DNA of 64,000 nucleotides, taken from contig JAJRUT010000063.1 in NCBI GenBank assembly GCA_024277655.1, positions 16,939 through 80,938 of the forward strand, written 5' to 3'. Positions within the stretch are counted from its first letter, which is position 1. Each line of letters opens with the position of its first letter. This DNA is from Deltaproteobacteria bacterium (GTDB taxonomy: Bacteria; Desulfobacterota; Desulfobulbia; Desulfobulbales; SURF-16). This document shows, in pieces, positions 63,663 through 64,000 of the stretch. Made by a program: the position numbers and the translations under genes. The notes below the pieces were generated by a model. That model was not told where the DNA came from and did no database searches. It was given only the letters and a program-made list of their open reading frames with translations.

Positions 63663-64000
63663 TGTGGCATCTCGATATCAATACTGGCAACTTTTCCATG
63701 ACTGAGGTGGCGCAACGGATTGCAGCGTATCTTGCTGAGTGCAGGTGTCCGGAGGGGATAATCTTTGCAATTCATCTGGTGGTGGAGGAGCTTCTTACCA
63801 ATGTGGCGTGCCATGGTCATTCCCCGGAGATTAGACTGGGGATTGAAATGACCGCAGGCCATGTACTGCTGGAGGTTGTTGATTCCGGTGTTCCGTTTAA
63901 TCCCCTTGAGTATGAGGTGCAGGGGCTTGATCAGGCCTTTGCTGACCGTGAAGTTGGCGGTATGGGCATTTATCTGGTGAAAGAAATGATGGACGAATTA
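63662..64000 (+). CDS. RsbW/SpoIIAB-like anti-sigma factor serine kinase (HATPase_c), partial at window end
   Basis: Not in the ORF track because it is open at the edge. My translation from the ATG at 63662 (which overlaps the upstream TGA) gives MWHLDINTGNFSMTEVAQRIAAYLAECRCPEGIIFAIHLVVEELLTNVACHGH ... LLEVVDSGVPFNP ... REVGGMGIYLVKEMMDEL. The N-box EELxxN and G-box GGMGI are typical of RsbW-like kinases. Confidence 0.7.
   Translation, partial: MWHLDINTGNFSMTEVAQRIAAYLAECRCPEGIIFAIHLVVEELLTNVACHGHSPEIRLGIEMTAGHVLLEVVDSGVPFNPLEYEVQGLDQAFADREVGGMGIYLVKEMMDEL

Noticed and set aside
1-64000. Mobile genetic elements, prophage, defence islands, tRNA or rRNA genes.
   Set aside because: - No transposase, integrase, recombinase, phage structural, restriction, Cas or toxin-antitoxin-like ORFs were recognised.
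- No tRNA T-loop/acceptor patterns or rRNA-like stretches were seen.
- The window reads as core chromosome with small non-autonomous repeats only.

Overview
This is a chromosomal segment that looks like an anaerobic Desulfobacterota/Desulfobulbales-type genome. That assignment is inferred only from gene content: Rnf, MetF/MetV/MvhD, an archaeal-type split glutamate synthase and sigma-54 regulators. Gene density is high and housekeeping genes dominate.

In window order, the contents are:
- moxR (partial), a small lipoprotein and an orphan flgE.
- A DUF1566 protein, glgX and an SGNH hydrolase.
- A GAF/sigma-54 activator, then queH and selU.
- bamD, trxB and trxA.
- A tetR-OMF-MFP-RND efflux operon whose OMF gene carries an in-frame TAA.
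- A sigma-54 two-component module headed by a small secreted Cys/Asp-rich repeat protein.
- A homocysteine-methyltransferase/MTHFR fusion, a Hanks-type kinase, an MscS channel and yedF.
- A MetV-like/MvhD/Fe-S module, then kpsF, purF, a PilZ protein, ade and a MetF-MetV fusion.
- aat, then apbE plus rnfCDGEAB.
- A giant flagellin gene with an in-frame TAG.
- A three-gene split glutamate synthase.
- A 7TMR-DISM chemoreceptor followed by two PP2C phosphatases and an RsbW-like kinase (partial at the window end).

I found no rRNA, tRNA, CRISPR array, transposase, integrase or prophage genes.

The observations most worth a second look are:
1. RnfA carries a signal peptide and an Ig-like periplasmic domain at its N-terminus.
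2. A candidate -24/-12 (sigma-54) promoter precedes a secreted protein with a duplicated FVDADGxGICDH module, next to a ZraSR-like regulator pair.
3. A chemoreceptor is tightly linked to a partner-switching (PP2C/RsbW) module.
4. Single nonsense codons interrupt the flagellin and the efflux outer-membrane factor.
5. Several intergenic repeat families are present: a perfect 9-bp x13 tandem array, two hairpin-rich dispersed element families and GTGAGAA heptamer arrays.

All calls rest on reading the supplied translations and the nucleotide sequence by eye. No database search was possible.
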